A DNA stretch of 62,000 nucleotides from Chiloscyllium plagiosum (GCF_004010195.1 NC_057750.1:7384530-7446529), one strand, 5' to 3'. Positions 1 through 14,324 are shown, numbered from the stretch's first letter. Notes: generated by a model not told the origin, from the letters alone. Made by a program: numbers and translations.

Positions 1-9
1 TGCCAAGGA

Positions 10-748
10 TTAATCCTAATCTAAAATAAAATAAGCTAATCTACGCACCCCTCAATTCACTGCTATCCATGTGCATGTCTCGTAGTCGCTTATCTGTCCC
101 TAATGACTCTGCTTCCACCACCACCGCTGGCAACGCATTCCATGCATTCACAACTCTCTGTATAAAGAACCTGCCTCTGACGTCTCCTCTATACCTTCCT
201 CCTAACACCTTAAAACTATGACCCCTTGTGCCAGTCAATCCATGCCCTGGGGAAAAGTCTCTGGCTATCGACTCTATCTTTGCCTCTCATTACCTTGTAT
301 ACCTCGATCAGGTCACCTCTCTTCCTCCTCCTCTCCAGAGAGAAAAGTCGGAGCTTAGTCAACTTCTCTTCATAAGACAAGCCTTCCAGTCCAGATAACA
401 TCATGGTAAGCCTGCTTTGCACCCACTCCAAAGCCTCTGTATCTTTCCTATAGTAAGGTGACCAGAACTGGACACAATATTCCAAATGTGGTCTCACCAG
501 GGTTTTGTAGAGCTGCAGCAAAACCTCCCAACTCTTAAACTCGATCCCCCTGTCAATGAAATCCAAAACACCATATACTTTCCTAACAACCCTATCCACT
601 TGGATGGCAAGTTTGAGGGATCTATGCACTTGAACACCAAGTGAACTCCACACTGCCAAGAATCCTGGCTTTAATCCTATATTCAAGTTTGATCTTCCAG
701 AAAAGAAATGCATTACTTTGCATTTATCTAGGTTGAACTCCATCTGCA
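10..748 (-). mobile_element. CR1-clade LINE, 5'-truncated 3' fragment
   Basis: RT C-terminus (LYKTLVRPHLEYCVQFWSP, RGDLIEVYK, FFIQRVVNAWNALP) and a short-repeat tail. Confidence 0.92.
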
Positions 749-749
749 C

Positions 750-930
750 TAGCCCCACTCCCTCATTACAGAGAGAGAGAGAAAGCTGGTGGTGGGTTAA
801 CCCGAGAGTCACCGCGACCCAGGCAAAGGGACAAGGTGGGAAGCGCAGCTAACACGGGAATCGAGCCCACCCTAGCGGCGTCACTTGCATTGGAAACCAG
901 CTGTCCAGCCAACTGAGCTAACCACCCGAC
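750..930 (-). mobile_element. tRNA-headed SINE (third family)
   Basis: Minus strand GGTTAGCTCAGTTGG (A box) ... GGCTCGATTCCC (B box), with a (TC)n segment near the 3' end. Confidence 0.6.
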
Positions 931-1446
931 ACAGGTGAGCTTGCAGAGCCCTGGGAACATGATGTGAAATGCACACACAGCAGCTAACCCCAGAGGTGTT
1001 GAGTGAAGTCTACAGATTTGAGTATTGCTGACAACTGATTGCAAATGCGCCCCCATGTTGACGCCGTCACTGTTGACTCTACAGCAGCCTCCATCCTGGT
1101 AGGGGCTGCCACCACGGTGAACAGTGCAGTGCTGCTAGAACTGAGCTCCGGGTCCTGCAGCATGTAGGAGCAGGTTTTGCATTCTGGCTTGCTAATTACC
1201 CGTGACAGTGTGTGAACCGCGCGCCTGCATATCTCCTCAGAATGTTGCTGAGCTTGTCTACCTGCTTTCAAACTTCTAGCAATGCCTTAACACTGCCCCT
1301 GCTCCCACTCACCCTCCAGGCTGTTTCTGTGGGACCCTCACTACAAACGTTACAGCACTGGCCATTGTGCATCTCCAATCTGTAGGACCTTAGTCAGTCT
1401 CCATTAGCCGTACAGCTAATGGTATGTGTTACAGATGCTGGTTACA

Positions 1447-2745
1447 GTCATAGAGATGTACAGCATGGAAACAGACCCTTCGGTCCAACCCGTCCATGCT
1501 GACCATATATCCTAACCTTATCTAGTCCCATTTGCCAGCATTTGGCCTACTCATGTACCCACCCACTTGCCTTTTAAATATTGTGACTTGACCAACCTCC
1601 ACCACTTCCTCTGGCATCTCATTCCTTACCACCTTCTGCGTGAAAAAGTTGTTCCTTAGGTCCCTTTTAAATCCTACCCCTTTCATCTTAAACTTATGCC
1701 TTTGAGTTTTGGACTCCCTTACCCTGGGAAAAAGACTTTGTCTATTCACTCTAACTATACCCCTCATGATTTTATAAACCTTTGTAAGGTTAGTACTCAG
1801 CCTCCGACGCTCCAGGGAAGACAGTCCCAGCCTGTTCAGCCTCTCCCTGTAGCTCAAATCCTCCAACCCTGGCAACATCCTTGTAAATCTTTTCTGAACC
1901 CTTTCAAGTTTCACAACATCTTTCCAAAAGGAGGAAGACCAGAATTGAATGCTGTATTTCAAAAGTGGCCGAACCATTGTCCTGTACAGCCACAACATGA
2001 CCTCTCAACTCCGACACTCAATGCACTGACCAATAAAAGAAAGCATAACAAACACTACAGGGAGAGGCTGAACAGGCTGGGGCTGTTTTCCCTGGAGCAT
2101 CGGAGGCTGAGGGGTGACCTTAGAGATTTACAAAATTATGAGGGGCGTGGATAGGATAAATAGACAAAGTCTTTTCCCTGGGGTGGGGGAGTCCAGAACT
2201 AGAGGGCATAGGTTTAGGGTGAGAGGGGAAAGATATAAAAGGGACCTAAGGGGCAACTTTCTCACACAGAGGGTGGTACGTGTATGGGATGAGCTGCCAG
2301 AGGAAGTGATGGAGGCTGGTACAACTGCAACATTTAAAAAGGCATTTGTATGGGTATATGAATAGGAAGGGTTTGGAGGGATATGGGCCAGGTGCTGGCA
2401 GATGGGAGTGGATTGGGTTGAGATATCTGGTCAGCATGGACGGGTTGGACCAAAGGGTCTGTTTCCGTGCTGTGCATCTCTATGACTTTATGACCTTCTT
2501 CACTATCCCATTCTACCGGCAACTCTACTTTCAAGGAGCTATGAACCTGCACTCCAAGGTCTCTTTGTTCAGCAACACTCCCCAGGACCTTACATTAAGT
2601 ATATAAGTCCTGCCCTGATTCGCTTTCCCAAAATGCAGCACCTCACATTTATCTAAATTAAGTCCATCTGCCATTCCTCAGACCAATGGCCCATCTGATC
2701 AAGATCCTGTTGTAATCCCTTCTCTGTCCACAACATCTCCAATTC
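1447..2745. mobile_element. Nested CR1/HER1 fragments: minus copy (1447-2052, 2490-2745) interrupted by a plus copy (2055-2487)
   Basis: CR1 ORF2 C-terminal peptides on both strands; HER1-type 3' tail (ggaccgaagggtctgtttccgtgctgt). Confidence 0.88.
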
Positions 2746-3189
2746 TTCTTTTGAACCGAAGGCATTTGGATTGGTTTTGGGTTGACATAGTCCAAAGAAT
2801 TACATGGAAGCAGGCCATTCGGCCCAACTGCTCAACTCTGGTGTTAATGCTCCTCCTATCCTATTTCAGTCTCCTCTCATTCCTTGATAGTTTCTACCGG
2901 TCGGCGAACATTCACACCATAAGGAGGCAATAATTTGGGACTAAGAGGGAGAGAAACGACTTCACTCGAGGGAGTCTGAGTCTTGAGGATATCAATGAAT
3001 CGATTTAAGGCTGAGACAGACAGCTAATGGGTCTCTCTGGGTGTGGGGAGGGTGTGCGAGAGCGGAGTTGAATCCCAAGTTTAGCCATGACCATATTGAG
3101 TGGCAGAACAGGCTCAATTGGCTGAAAGGTCTAGTCCTGTGTATCTCACAGTCTCCCCTCACAATTCCCCTTTGAGTGCATCTATGCCA

Positions 3190-6100
3190 ATAGAAAATAG
3201 AACAGTACAGCGCAGAACAGGCCCTTCGGCCCTCGATGTTGCTCCGACCTGTGAACTAATCTAAGCCCATTCCCTACACTATCCCATCATCATCCATGTG
3301 CTTATCCAAAGACTGTTTTAATGCCCCTAATATGGCTGAGTTAACTACATTGCCAGGCAGGGCATTCCACGCCCTTACCACTCGCTGAGTAAAGAACCTG
3401 CCTCTGACATCTGTCTTCAATCTATCACTCCTCAATTTGTGGCTATGCCCCCTCGTACAAGCTGATGTCATCAGTCTTGGAAAAAGACTTGCACTGTCTA
3501 CCCTATCTAATCCTCTGATCGTCTTGTATGTCTCTATCAAATCCCCTCTTAGCCGCCTTCTCTCCAATGAGAACAGACCCAAGTCTCTCAGCCTTTCCAG
3601 ATAAGACCTTCCCTCCAAACCAGGCAACATCCTGGTAAATCTCCTCTGCACCTTTTCCATCGCTTCCATATCCTTCCTGTATTGGGGCGACCAGAACTGT
3701 ACACAATATTCCAAGTGCGGCTGCACTAGCGTTTTGTATAGCTGCAACATGACATTACGGCTCCGGAACTCAATCCCTCTATCAATGAAACTTAACACAC
3801 CGTATGCCTTCTTAACAGCACTATCCACCTGGGTGGCAACTTTCAGGGATCTATGTACATGGACTCCAAGATCCCTCTGCACATCCACACTACCAAGAAT
3901 CTTTCCATTGACCCAGTACTCTGCCTTTCTGTTATTCTTCCCAAAGTGCATCATCTCACATTTAGCTGCATTGAACTCCATTTGCCACCTCTCAGCCCAG
4001 TTCTGCAGTTTATCCAAGTCCCCCTGCAACCTGCAACACTCTTCCACACTGTCCACTACTCCACCGACTTTAGTGTCATCTACAAATTTACTAACCCATC
4101 CACCTATGTCTGCATCCAAGTAATTTATAAAAATGACAAACAGCAGTGGTCCCAAAATAGATCCTTGTGGCATACCACTAGTAACCGGATTCCAGGCTGA
4201 ATATTTTCCATCAACCACCACTCACTGCCTTCTTACAGAAAGCCAGTTTCTACTCCAAACTGCTAACTCACCCTCAATCCCATGTCTCTGCATTTTCTCC
4301 AACAGCCTGCCATGTGGAACCTTGTCAAAGTCTTTACTGAAGTCCATATACACCACGTCAACTGCGCTACCCTCATCCACATGCTTGGTCTCCTTCTCAA
4401 AAAAACTCAGAGGTTTGTGAGACACGACCTGCCCTTGACGAAATTATGTTGGACTATCTGCAATCAAATTGTTGCTTGCTAAATGATTATAAATCCTCTT
4501 ACAATCCTTTCCAAAATATTTCCCACAACAGAAGTAAGGCTCACTGGCCTATAATTACCTGAGTCATCTCTGCTGCCCTTCTTGAACAAGGGCACAACAT
4601 TTGCAATCCTCCAGTCCTCAGGTACTAAACCTGTAGACAATGACAACTCAAATATCAAAGCCAAAGGCTCTGCTATCTCCTCCCGAGCTTCCCAGAGAAT
4701 CGTCTGATAAATCCCATCCGGCCCAAGGGACTTGTCTACTTTCACTCCTTCTAGAATTGATAACACCTGTTCGTAACTAACCTCGATCCTTTCTAGTCTA
4801 ATATCCCATATCACATTCTTCTCCTCTACAATATTCACCTTTCCCTGAGCAAAAACAATGAGAAATATTCATTTAGCACCTCTCTGATCTCCACAGGGTC
4901 CATACGCAACTTCCCACTTCTGTCTTTGATTGGCCCTGTTCCTACCCTAGTCATCCTTTTATTCCTCACATACCTATAGAAAGCTTTAGGGGTCTCCTTT
5001 ATTCTATTTGCTAAATTCTGTTCATGTCCTCTCTTTGCTCTTCTTAACTCTCTTTAAATCCTTCCTCGATGATCTGTAACTCTCTATCGCCTCATCTGTA
5101 CCATCTCGTCTCAACATCACATAAGCCTCCTTCTTCTGCTTAACAAGAGATTTCTGTAGTAAACCATAGTTCCCTTACCTTATCACTTCCTCCCTGCCTG
5201 ACAGGGACATACCTATCAAGGACACGCAATATCTGTTCCTTAAACCAGCTCCACATTTCGAATGTCCCCATCCCCTACATTTTGCGACCCCATTCTATGC
5301 ATCCTAAGTCTTGCCTAATCGCCTTATAATTGCCCTTGCCCCATCGATAACTCTTGTTCTGTGGCATGTACCTATCCGTTTCCATCGCTAAACTATGGTC
5401 ACTCTCTCCAAAGTGCTGATCTACCACTAAATCAAACACCTGGCCTGGTTCATTACCAGACACCAGATCCAGTGGGGCCTCCCCTCTTGTCAGCCCTTCA
5501 ACATACTGTGCCAGGAAACCCTCCTGCACACATTGGACAAAAACTGATCCATCTGACGTACTAGACTTATAGCATTTCCAGTCAATGTTGGGGAAGTTAA
5601 ATCCTCCATATTGATCTCCCTGTTCCTTTCACTCCTATCCAGAATGGTTTTGACAATCCTCTCTTCCACATCCCTGGAACTCTGCGGAGGCCGATAAAAA
5701 ATTCCCAGCAGTGTGACCTCCCCTGTTCTGTTTCTAACCTCAGCCCACACTACCTCAGTAGACGGGTCCTCATCAAAAGTTCTTTCAGCCACCGTTATAC
5801 TGTCCTAAACAAACAAGGCCACACCTCCCCCTCTTTTACCGTCTCCCTGATCTTAATGAAGGATCTTCACCCTGGAACCTGCAACATCTATGGCCGAAAT
5901 GGCCACAACATCGAAGTCCCAGGTACCTATCCATGCTGCAAACTCACCTACCTTATTCCGGATACTTCTGGCGTTGAAGTAGATACACTTCAAACCAGCT
6001 TGCTGTCTGCCAGCACATTCCTGTGACCGTGAAATCCTGTCCCTGTCCTCCCTACTCTCATCCTCCTGTGCACTGGAACTACACCTCCAGTTCCTATCCC

Positions 6101-6870
6101 CTGCTAAATTAGTTTAAACCCACCTGAATAGCACCAGCAGATTTCCCACCCAGGACCTTAGTACCCCTCTGGTTCAAGTGAAGACCGTTCTGTTTGTAGA
6201 GGTCTCACCTTCCTCAGAATGAGCCCCAATTATCCATGCACCTGAAACCCTCCCTCCTGCACCATCCTTGCAGCCACGTGTTTAGCTGATATCTCTCCCT
6301 ATTCCTTGCCTCGCTATCACGTAGCACGGGTAACAAACCAGAGATAACAACTCTATTCTAGCTCTCAGCTTCCACCCTAGCTCCCTGAAATCCTGCCTGA
6401 CATCCTTATCCCTCTTTCTACCTATGTCGTTGGTACCTACATGGACAATGACTTGAAGCTGGTCACCCTCTCTCCCTTCAGGACCCCAAAGATACGATCC
6501 GGGACATCACGGACCCTGGTACCTGGGAGGCAACACACCAACCGCGAGTCTCGTTCGTTCCCTACAAACCTTCTATCTGAGTCCCCAATGACTAACACTC
6601 TCCTCCTTTCCCTCCTTCCTTTCTGTGCAACAGGGACAGACTCTGTGCCAGACACCTTCACTCCAATGCATGCCCCTTGTAAGTCGTCCCCCCCAACAGT
6701 ATCCAAAACGGTTTACTTGTTTTTCAGGGGAACGTCCAAAGGGGATCCCTGCACTGACTGGCTTTTCCCCCTTTGAACAGTTACCCAGCTTTCATCGTGC
6801 CTAGGAGTAACTGCTCCCTTGTAAGTCTTATCCATCACAGCCTCTGCTTCCCTTCACTAAGGTAATGAGT
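3190..6870 (-). mobile_element. Nearly full-length decayed CR1 LINE (esterase-type ORF1, APE endonuclease, RT)
   Basis: ORF1 VLVIGDS...VCCLPGTRVRDV (SGNH esterase); endonuclease LGIFYRPP...GESDH; RT motifs NYRPVSLTS, YMDFSKDFDKVPH, PQGSILGP, FVDD. Several stops and frameshifts. Confidence 0.95.
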
Positions 6871-7544
6871 TCCACGTTCTCACTACTCTCTGGGCCGAAG
6901 AGTTGTGTTTTTACATCGGTATTGTGGTTATTAATGAACATCTGACAGTAACGACCCTGAATTTTTGATCTTACCTCACGCAGAAAAAAAACTTTTCTTT
7001 TATACAGTGCATCTCTCGACCGCCCCCCCCCCCACACGGACTTCCCAAGAGACTGATATTAACCACCAAAGGCACACTTTTTGCAGGGTACTTGCTGCGT
7101 TGGGTCGCTATGTCAAACCATGCAAGTCCTTCATCACTTTAAAGAGCTCTGTCAAATCCTGCCCTGACACCTCCCCTCAAATCTTCCCAACCCCAGCCCA
7201 TCTGATCTCTCATGACACCTACAACCGGCCGTGTTTCGGTTGTATGTGGTGCTGCCAACATCACCACGCTTTTGTTTACTGTTCTAGCGTCGTTAATAAT
7301 GGGCCATCAAACTGTCATGGGTCAATCTGTCTAACATACTGTTTGTAAATTAAGCATTCTGAGTCAAATATTTTGTCAAATGTCAAAATTCTGTGATTGC
7401 ATCTCGCCAAAAGGGGAATAAGTTTCAAATTGACCCTTACTGGTTTCTTATAGAATCCCTGCAGTATAGAAACAGGCAGGTTAGCCCTTGAAGTCCTCAT
7501 CAAATCTCTGAAGAGCCAGTCCCAAACCCTACCCTATCCCTGCA

Positions 7545-7950
7545 TAGCTAATCCACTATAGCCTGCACGCTATGGTTAATAACCCATGGCCAATCCATCT
7601 AGCCCACACCCTATGGTCAATAACCCATGACCAATCCACCCTAACCTGCACACTATGGTCAATCTCCCCACGCCGAATCCACCCTGGCCTACACACTATA
7701 TTCAATTACCCCATGGTCAATCCATCCACTATAGCCCACACCCTATGGTCAATTTCCCATGGCCAATCCACTCTAACCTGCACACTATGGTCAATCTCCC
7801 CACGCCGAATCCACCCTGGCCTACACACTATATTCAGTTACCCCATGGTCAATCCATCCAGTATAGCCCACACCCTATGGTCAATCTCCCATGGCCAATC
7901 CACCCTAGCCTGCACACTATGGTTAATCATCCATGGCCAATCTTGCACAT
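7545..7950 (-). repeat. Higher-order tandem repeat (~43-46 bp subunits, 132 bp period) amplified inside an HE1-like SINE
   Basis: ctatggtcaatctccccacgccgaatcc recurs at 7653 and 7785; SINE head at 7950-8081. Confidence 0.85.
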
Positions 7951-8689
7951 CTTTGGACTGTGAGAGGAAACCTACGCAGACACGGGGAGAATGTTCAAAC
8001 TCCAGACAGAGAGTCACCCGAGGGTGGAATTGAACCTGGGCCCTGATGCTGTGAGGCAGCAGTGCTAACCACTGAGCCACCGATTTTGACTGTTGTTACA
8101 ACTCCCGGCCCAATGAGATTAATTTAGTGACTCTCCTTTCTCTGATCTCTTCTGTGGCTCCTGTTTTGGTGATTCCCCTCAACTGGGACCAGGTGCTGCT
8201 CTGACTCTTGAAACCAAAATCAAAGGTAGGGCTGGTTTGAGTGATGGCCTAATGGTACAGGCACTAAACCGTCTGTTCAGTCAATGCTAGTTCAAATCCC
8301 ACCACGGCAGATGGTAGAATTGGATTTTGGTTTAAATCAAAATGTGGACTGGTGGCATGGGATGAATAACTGTCCCTCAATCAGCATCTAGGAGGAACAA
8401 AGTAGATGGCTACCTGGTTGTTGTCGCATCCCCATTTGCGGGATCTTACTGCGCACACTGCCTCACCATTGCGATACTTCTTAACCTGCAAAGCAAAGGT
8501 GGTTGTGAAAAGCTCCTTTTTATTCACTGCCCCTGAAATAGGAATGGGGTAGGCCATTCGGCCCCTCGAGACTGCTGCGCCGTTCAACCAATCACGGCTG
8601 ATCTGACGTTCCTCACGTCTGCCTCCTGCCCTTTCACTGTAACCCTTGATCAAGAGTCCATCTCTGTCTTAAACATACATAAGGACTGC

Positions 8690-9160
8690 AATGTTGTGTG
8701 CAATTCCGGTCTCCCTCCTATCGGAAAGATGTTGTCAAACTTGAAAGGGTTCCGAAAAGATTTAGAAAGATGTTGCCAGGGTTGGAGGGTTTGAGCTACG
8801 GGGCGAGCTGAATAGGCTGGGGGTGTTTTCCCTGGAGCGTCGGAGGCTGAGGGGTGACCTTATAGAGGTTTATAAAATCATAAGAGGCATGGATAGAATA
8901 AAGAGACAAGATCCTTTCCCTGGGATGGGGGACTCCAGAACTAGAGGGCGTAGGTTTAGGGTGAGAGGGGAAAGATATAAAAGAGACCTACAGGGCAACT
9001 TTTCCACGCAGAGGGTGTATGGAATGAGCTGCCAGAGGAAGTGATGGAGGCTGGTACAATGACAACATTTAAAAGGCAACTGGATGAGTATATGAATAGG
9101 AAGGGTTTGGGGAGATATGAGCCAAGTGCTGGTAAATGGGACTAGATTAGTTTACTATAT
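8690..9160 (+). mobile_element. CR1/HER1 3' fragment
   Basis: FSLERRRLRGDLIEVYKI motif. Confidence 0.9.
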
Positions 9161-10062
9161 AACCGCTCTGGTGGCATAGGGTCTTTCGCATTCACCTATT
9201 TTGGCACACTTCCAAGATATTCCCAGTAGCCCAGTTTTACTTTTGTCCAGGATTTCAGGTCGGCATGGATGAGTTGGACTGGAGGGTCTGTTTCCGTGCT
9301 GTACATCTCTGTGACTCTACCCTGCCCCACAGCTCTCTGTGGTAAGGACTTCCAAAGACTCACGACCCTCTGAGAGAAGAAATTCCTCCTCATCTTGGTC
9401 CTCAATTGGCACCCCTCAAATCTGAGACTGTGCCCTCTGATCCTGAACCCTCCCGTGGGGGCATTCATCCTCTCAGCACTGACCCTGTCCAACGCCTTAA
9501 GAATCTGATACGGCCGTTTCCTAGCCCTCTCCTTGGATACAGCTGATTGGCTGTTTCAGAGGGCAGTTAAGAGTCAGCCATGTTGCTCTGGGTCTGGAGT
9601 CACATGTAGGCCCAGACCGGGTAAGGTCAATTCTGTCTGATGTCCAGATTGTAACAATAGTTTCAACATTACTCTTTGATTTCTGGATTTGTTTTACAAT
9701 TGAAACTGAATTCAGGTTCAGGTGGGTTTTGATCCCAACTCACTCAGACATTACCTGACTAGCGACCGTGCCACTAAGCCATCTCCTGACCCAAGATAAA
9801 TGTAATTTGTTTTCGGATTGGGTACAGGACCTGGAGCACAGCTATTTACCATGTGACTGTTTGTTTCCCACTCAAACGAATTCTCATATTCCCATGTGGC
9901 TGTTTGCTTTGGCTTACAGAATCTTCTCATGCTTGGCACGGGATAGTCGTGTATTGTGCTAAATTCAGATCCTCCCACGGGTATAGCCTCCCTCTTCAAC
10001 CAGACCCTCCTCAAAGCTGTCTCCCAGGGTGATGCTGCTTTGAGTGCTACTTAGGCCCCAGG

Positions 10063-10915
10063 ACATGGTGGCTCGGTGGCTCAGTGGTTAGCACTGCTGC
10101 CTCACAGCACCAGGGACCTGGGTTCAAGCCCACCCTCAGCCAACTGTCTGTGTGGAGTTTGCACATTCTCCCTGTGTCTGTGTGGGTTCCTCCTACAGTC
10201 CAAAGGTGTGCAGGTTAGGGTGGATCGGAAATGTGGGGTTACAGGGATATGGTAGGGGGTTGGATCTGGATCAGTGTGGACGTGATAGGCTGCTCCCAAA
10301 TTGTAGGGATTCTATGATGCCATTTCCCCCCCCACCTGACTCTTATCATGAGGAGAGGTCAGGAAATCTCATTAGCTTTGGTGATATTTCTGAGTGAATG
10401 ATTTAAATTGTTAGAAGCATAGGGGCGGAATGGCAGTTCAGTGGTTAGCACTGCTACCTCACAGCGTCAGGGACCTGGATTCACTTCCCACCTCGGGCAA
10501 CTGCCTGTGTGGAGTTTGCACATTCTCCCTCATGCCTGTGTGGGTTTCCTCCCAAAGGTGTGTAGGATAGATGGATTGGCCATGGGAAATTGCCCATAGT
10601 GTCCAGGGCTGTGTAGGTCAGGTGCATTAGCCACAGGAAATGCAGGGTTATAGAGATAGGGGATAGGAGTCTGGGTTGGATGTTCTTCGGAGGATGGATG
10701 TGGACTCGTTGGGCCGAACGGCTTGTTTCCACACTGTGGGGATTCGGTTCTACGATCTATGTGCAGACTAGGTAGATTGATCACGTGAAATTGCCCCGCA
10801 GTGTCCAGGAATGTGTGGGTTAGTCATGTGAGGTGAGTCCTGCCGAGATGCGCTTCAGAGGGTCGGTGCAGACTCAATGGGCTGAATGACCTTCCCTTGC
10901 ACTGGGGGGATTCTA
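10063..10915 (+). mobile_element. Cluster of HE1-like V-SINEs
   Basis: tRNA-like head gtggttagcactgctgcctcacagc, core gtgtggagtttgcacattctcccc, and CR1-like tail. Confidence 0.85.
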
Positions 10916-11949
10916 AGAACTTTAGCGATTAACTGAGTGAATAGGGGTCAAATTGTTGTCAAATTCAGTTCGTGTGGGAAATTGCTCTTTGCTTGCCAGC
11001 GATATACTACAAAAAACCATGGCGACTGAGTGACACACTCTGCTCATGCAGAAACAGGAATTGAATTGAATTGAACTTATTGTCACGTGTACCAAGGCAC
11101 ACTGAAAAGCTTTGTCATGTGAGCAATACTGGAATTGCTGGAGAAACTCAAACTCTGCAGGATCTGCAGAGAGAGAGAGAGAGAGAGAGACAAAGTTAGA
11201 GGCCTGGATCCAGAGAAGGGACACTGGACTTATGATGTTAATTGTGCTTTCTCTCTCCACCAATGCTGCCAGACCTGCTGAGTTTCTCCAGAACTTTCTG
11301 CTTTTGTTTAACTCCTTCAGCTCCTTTGCCTTTTATGTACAGCGCCCTATCGTTGTAAGGTTGCCAATTCTGGAGAGATTGATGGCTGCAGCTGCTGGAG
11401 AAATCAGAGTTGATACAGGGTGACGCTGGGAAAAAAAGCACAGCAGGTTAGGCAGCATCTGAGGAGCTAGAGAGTCACCATTCTCAGGCTTAACCCTTGT
11501 TCAGGGCTCAGTCCTAAACGTCTACTGTCTTGCTCCTCAGATGCTGTGCTTTGTAAACTTAACCATCGTCCCCAAACAGTTTTGAGCACAGTGGTCTGGA
11601 GTGACACTGTGCTGAGGGTGTGCTGCACTGTCAGGGGTGCAGTTTCTTACTTGGGATGTTACACGGAGTTTCGGCCTACCCTGATAGCTGGATGTAAAGT
11701 ATTTTAGAAAAGAATGTGAGAATTCGGCTTGGAGACCTCCCTTAGCAATGTCCCCGAAACGCAACTGAAAAATAGAAAACACTTACCAAATCAGGGAGCG
11801 AAACAGGGTTTCAGCTCTACGGTGAGAGCTGAATGTTAAACACAGGCTGAAAACGTTGGAGCAAATCTGCAAGCTTGGCAGCATTTGTGTAAATAGAGAG
11901 AGAAAAACAGAGTTAACTATTGCACTCCAATGAGTGTAGTCTTCATCTG

Positions 11950-12215
11950 AGAGGAGGTGATGGCCTAGTGGTATTATCACTGGCCTGATAACCCAGGGGA
12001 CCCAGGTTCAAATCCCACCACAGCAGGGATCCAATAAAAATCTGGCATCTAATGATGACCATGAACCTGTTATTTGGGGAAAAGTCTATCTGGGTCACTA
12101 ATGCCCTTGAGGGAAGGACGCTACCATTCTTACCTGGTCTGGCCTACACATGACTCCAGACCCACAGCAATGGTGTTGTCGCTAAACTGCTCTCTAAGCA
12201 ATAAGTGCTGGCATT
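11950..12215 (+). mobile_element. Second SINE family (tRNA head; possibly SacSINE/Deu-type); further copies ~26735-27000, 27085-27422, 42630-42990, 45835-46480, 57630-57955, 61360-62000
   Basis: Recurring core ccttacctggtctggcctacatgtgactccagacccacagcaa with head gatggcctagtggta...ggttcaaatccc. Family name not verified. Confidence 0.75.
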
Positions 12216-12368
12216 AGTACTTAAGAGTGAATAAAGGGTTTAAAAAAAACCCCTGTAAGGCCAATCTGTCTGATCCAGGTTCCTGGATAACAAGAACTGT
12301 GGATGCTGCAAAACAGAAATTGCTGGAAAAGCTCAGCAGGCCTGGCAGCATCCGTGGAGAGAAATCAG

Positions 12369-12406
12369 AGTTCATGTTTCGGGTCCAGTGACCCTTCCTC
12401 AGAACT
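12369..12406 (-). ncRNA. Hammerhead-like motif (PLE family B), cleavage triplet mutated
   Basis: AGTT-CTGAGGA-A-GGGTC-ACTG-GACCC-GAAA-CA-TG-AACT; a copy with GAAACGTT lies at 26578-26611. Confidence 0.7.
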
Positions 12407-12954
12407 GAAACGATAATTCTTGATTTCTCTCCCCATATGCGACCAGACATGCTGAGCTTTTCCAGAAATTTCCGTCTATGCTTCTATTGGTCCTGGGTTT
12501 TTTCTGCATTCCATAAGCACCGACATATCTCTGCAGGATTACTCACCTCACAGACACAATAATAAAACATAGTTCCCTATTATGTTCTTCAGTTCACAGA
12601 TATTTGCACTGTTTCCACCTAACCCACACCCCCCCAACTAACGTCCAACAATGAGACTGGAATTAATCAATTGTTCCCATACATATAAACAACGAAATCA
12701 TTTCTGGGAAAGTCTGGTTCAGAGGACTGACTCATTGAGTGACTGCAACGTCATCAGCCTGAGACAATTCTCAGAAACAGAATTGCATACCTGAACCACA
12801 ATTGTGGAGTTCCCAAAAATACAGAGGGAAAACTAGGGTGGGTGCAGTCACAGAATCCCTACAGTGTGGGAGCAGGCCATTCAGCCCATCCGATTCAGAC
12901 GCAGACCCTCTGAAGAGGATCCCACACAGACCCACACTTGCCCACCTCTCATCA

Positions 12955-13597
12955 CCTCAGGGAATCTCCCATCCACAACCCCCAACCCTCATTGTCCGTG
13001 AACCCCGCACTGCCCGATTCTACTTCCTACTGAAGATTCACAAACTTGACTAGCCCGGTCGCCCCATTGTCTCAGCCTGCGCCTGTCCCACTGAACTCAT
13101 CCCTTCCTACCTTGACACCATCCTGTCCCCCTTAGTCCAGGAACTCCACACCTACGTCCGTGACACCCCCATGCCCTTCACCTCCTCCAAGATTTCTGTT
13201 TCCCTGGCCCCCAACACCTCATCTGAAGGAAAAACGCCTCATATTCTGCCTTGGGACCCTGCAACCACACCGGATAAATGTGGATTTCAACAGCTTCCTC
13301 ATTTCCCCTCCGCCCACATTATCCCAGTCCCAAGCCTCCAACTCGGCACCGCCCTTCAGACCTGTCCATCACTCCCCCCCTTTAACCTATCACCTTCTCC
13401 CTCACCTTCATCCACCTATTGCGTTCTCAGCTACCTCCCCCCTCCCATTTATCTCTCAGCTCCACCCCACAATCCTCATTCCTGATGAAGGGCTTATGCC
13501 CAAAATGTTGATTCTCCTGCTCCTGGGATGCTGCCTGACCTGCTATGCTTTTCCAGTGCCACACTCTCAACTCTGATCTCCAGCATCCGCAGTCTCC
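12955..13597 (+). mobile_element. Internally deleted Penelope-like element with 3' terminal repeat
   Basis: RT N-terminal FYFLLKIHK.PGRPIVS peptide joined to the endonuclease C-terminus LIFCLGTLQPHRINVDF; decayed hammerhead at 13478-13513. Confidence 0.85.
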
Positions 13598-13793
13598 ATA
13601 TTTCCCATGGCTAATCCACCCTAACCTGCACATCTTTGGACTGTGGGAGGAAACCAGAGCACCCGGAGGAAACCCACGCAGACACGGGGAGAATGTGCAA
13701 ACACCACATACACAGTCGCCCGAGGCTGGAATCGAACCTGGGACCCTGGTGCTGTGAGGCAGCAGCGCTAACCACTGAGCCACCGTACCACCC
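13598..13793 (-). mobile_element. HE1-like SINE (5' part)
   Basis: A/B-box head and V-domain-like core. Confidence 0.85.
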
Positions 13794-14324
13794 CAAATTC
13801 CTATTCCTTACGTTTTTATCCTTGGGGAAAGTAAGGTTGAGTATTTTTTAAAAAGTAATCAATAAATTAGAGGCTCACTCCGGTACATTATCCCTTGACA
13901 TTTGAAAAGTGCAATAGGCTTGGGTACCTAGGTGAGGGGGTGACCTCTAGATCAGGTTGGTGTGCCCATCATGGTTGAATAGTTGGACGTACACCTCTAG
14001 TCTCAAACACTGGGCATTGAGAGACTAGCATGTATGGGATGAGCTGCCAGAGGAAGTGGTGGAGGCTGGTACAATTACAGCATTTAAAAGGCATCTGGAT
14101 GGGTACATGGATACGAAAGGGTTTGGAGGGATATAGGCCAAGTGCTAGCAAAAGGAATTAGTTTAGGATATCTGGTAGGCATGGACGAGTTGGACCGAAG
14201 GGTCTGTTTCCGTGCTGTGTACACCTCTGTGACTCTGAGTCGACCCTGCAGGTGGAAAAGGGCAAGGTGGCAATCCTTCCTCAATGACCAAAGGTACTGT
14301 AATGGGAATCCCCACCGAAATAAC

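Noticed and set aside
11680..11790. Possible minus-strand exon with acceptor and donor signals
   Set aside because: No partner exons or recognisable peptide, so support is insufficient.
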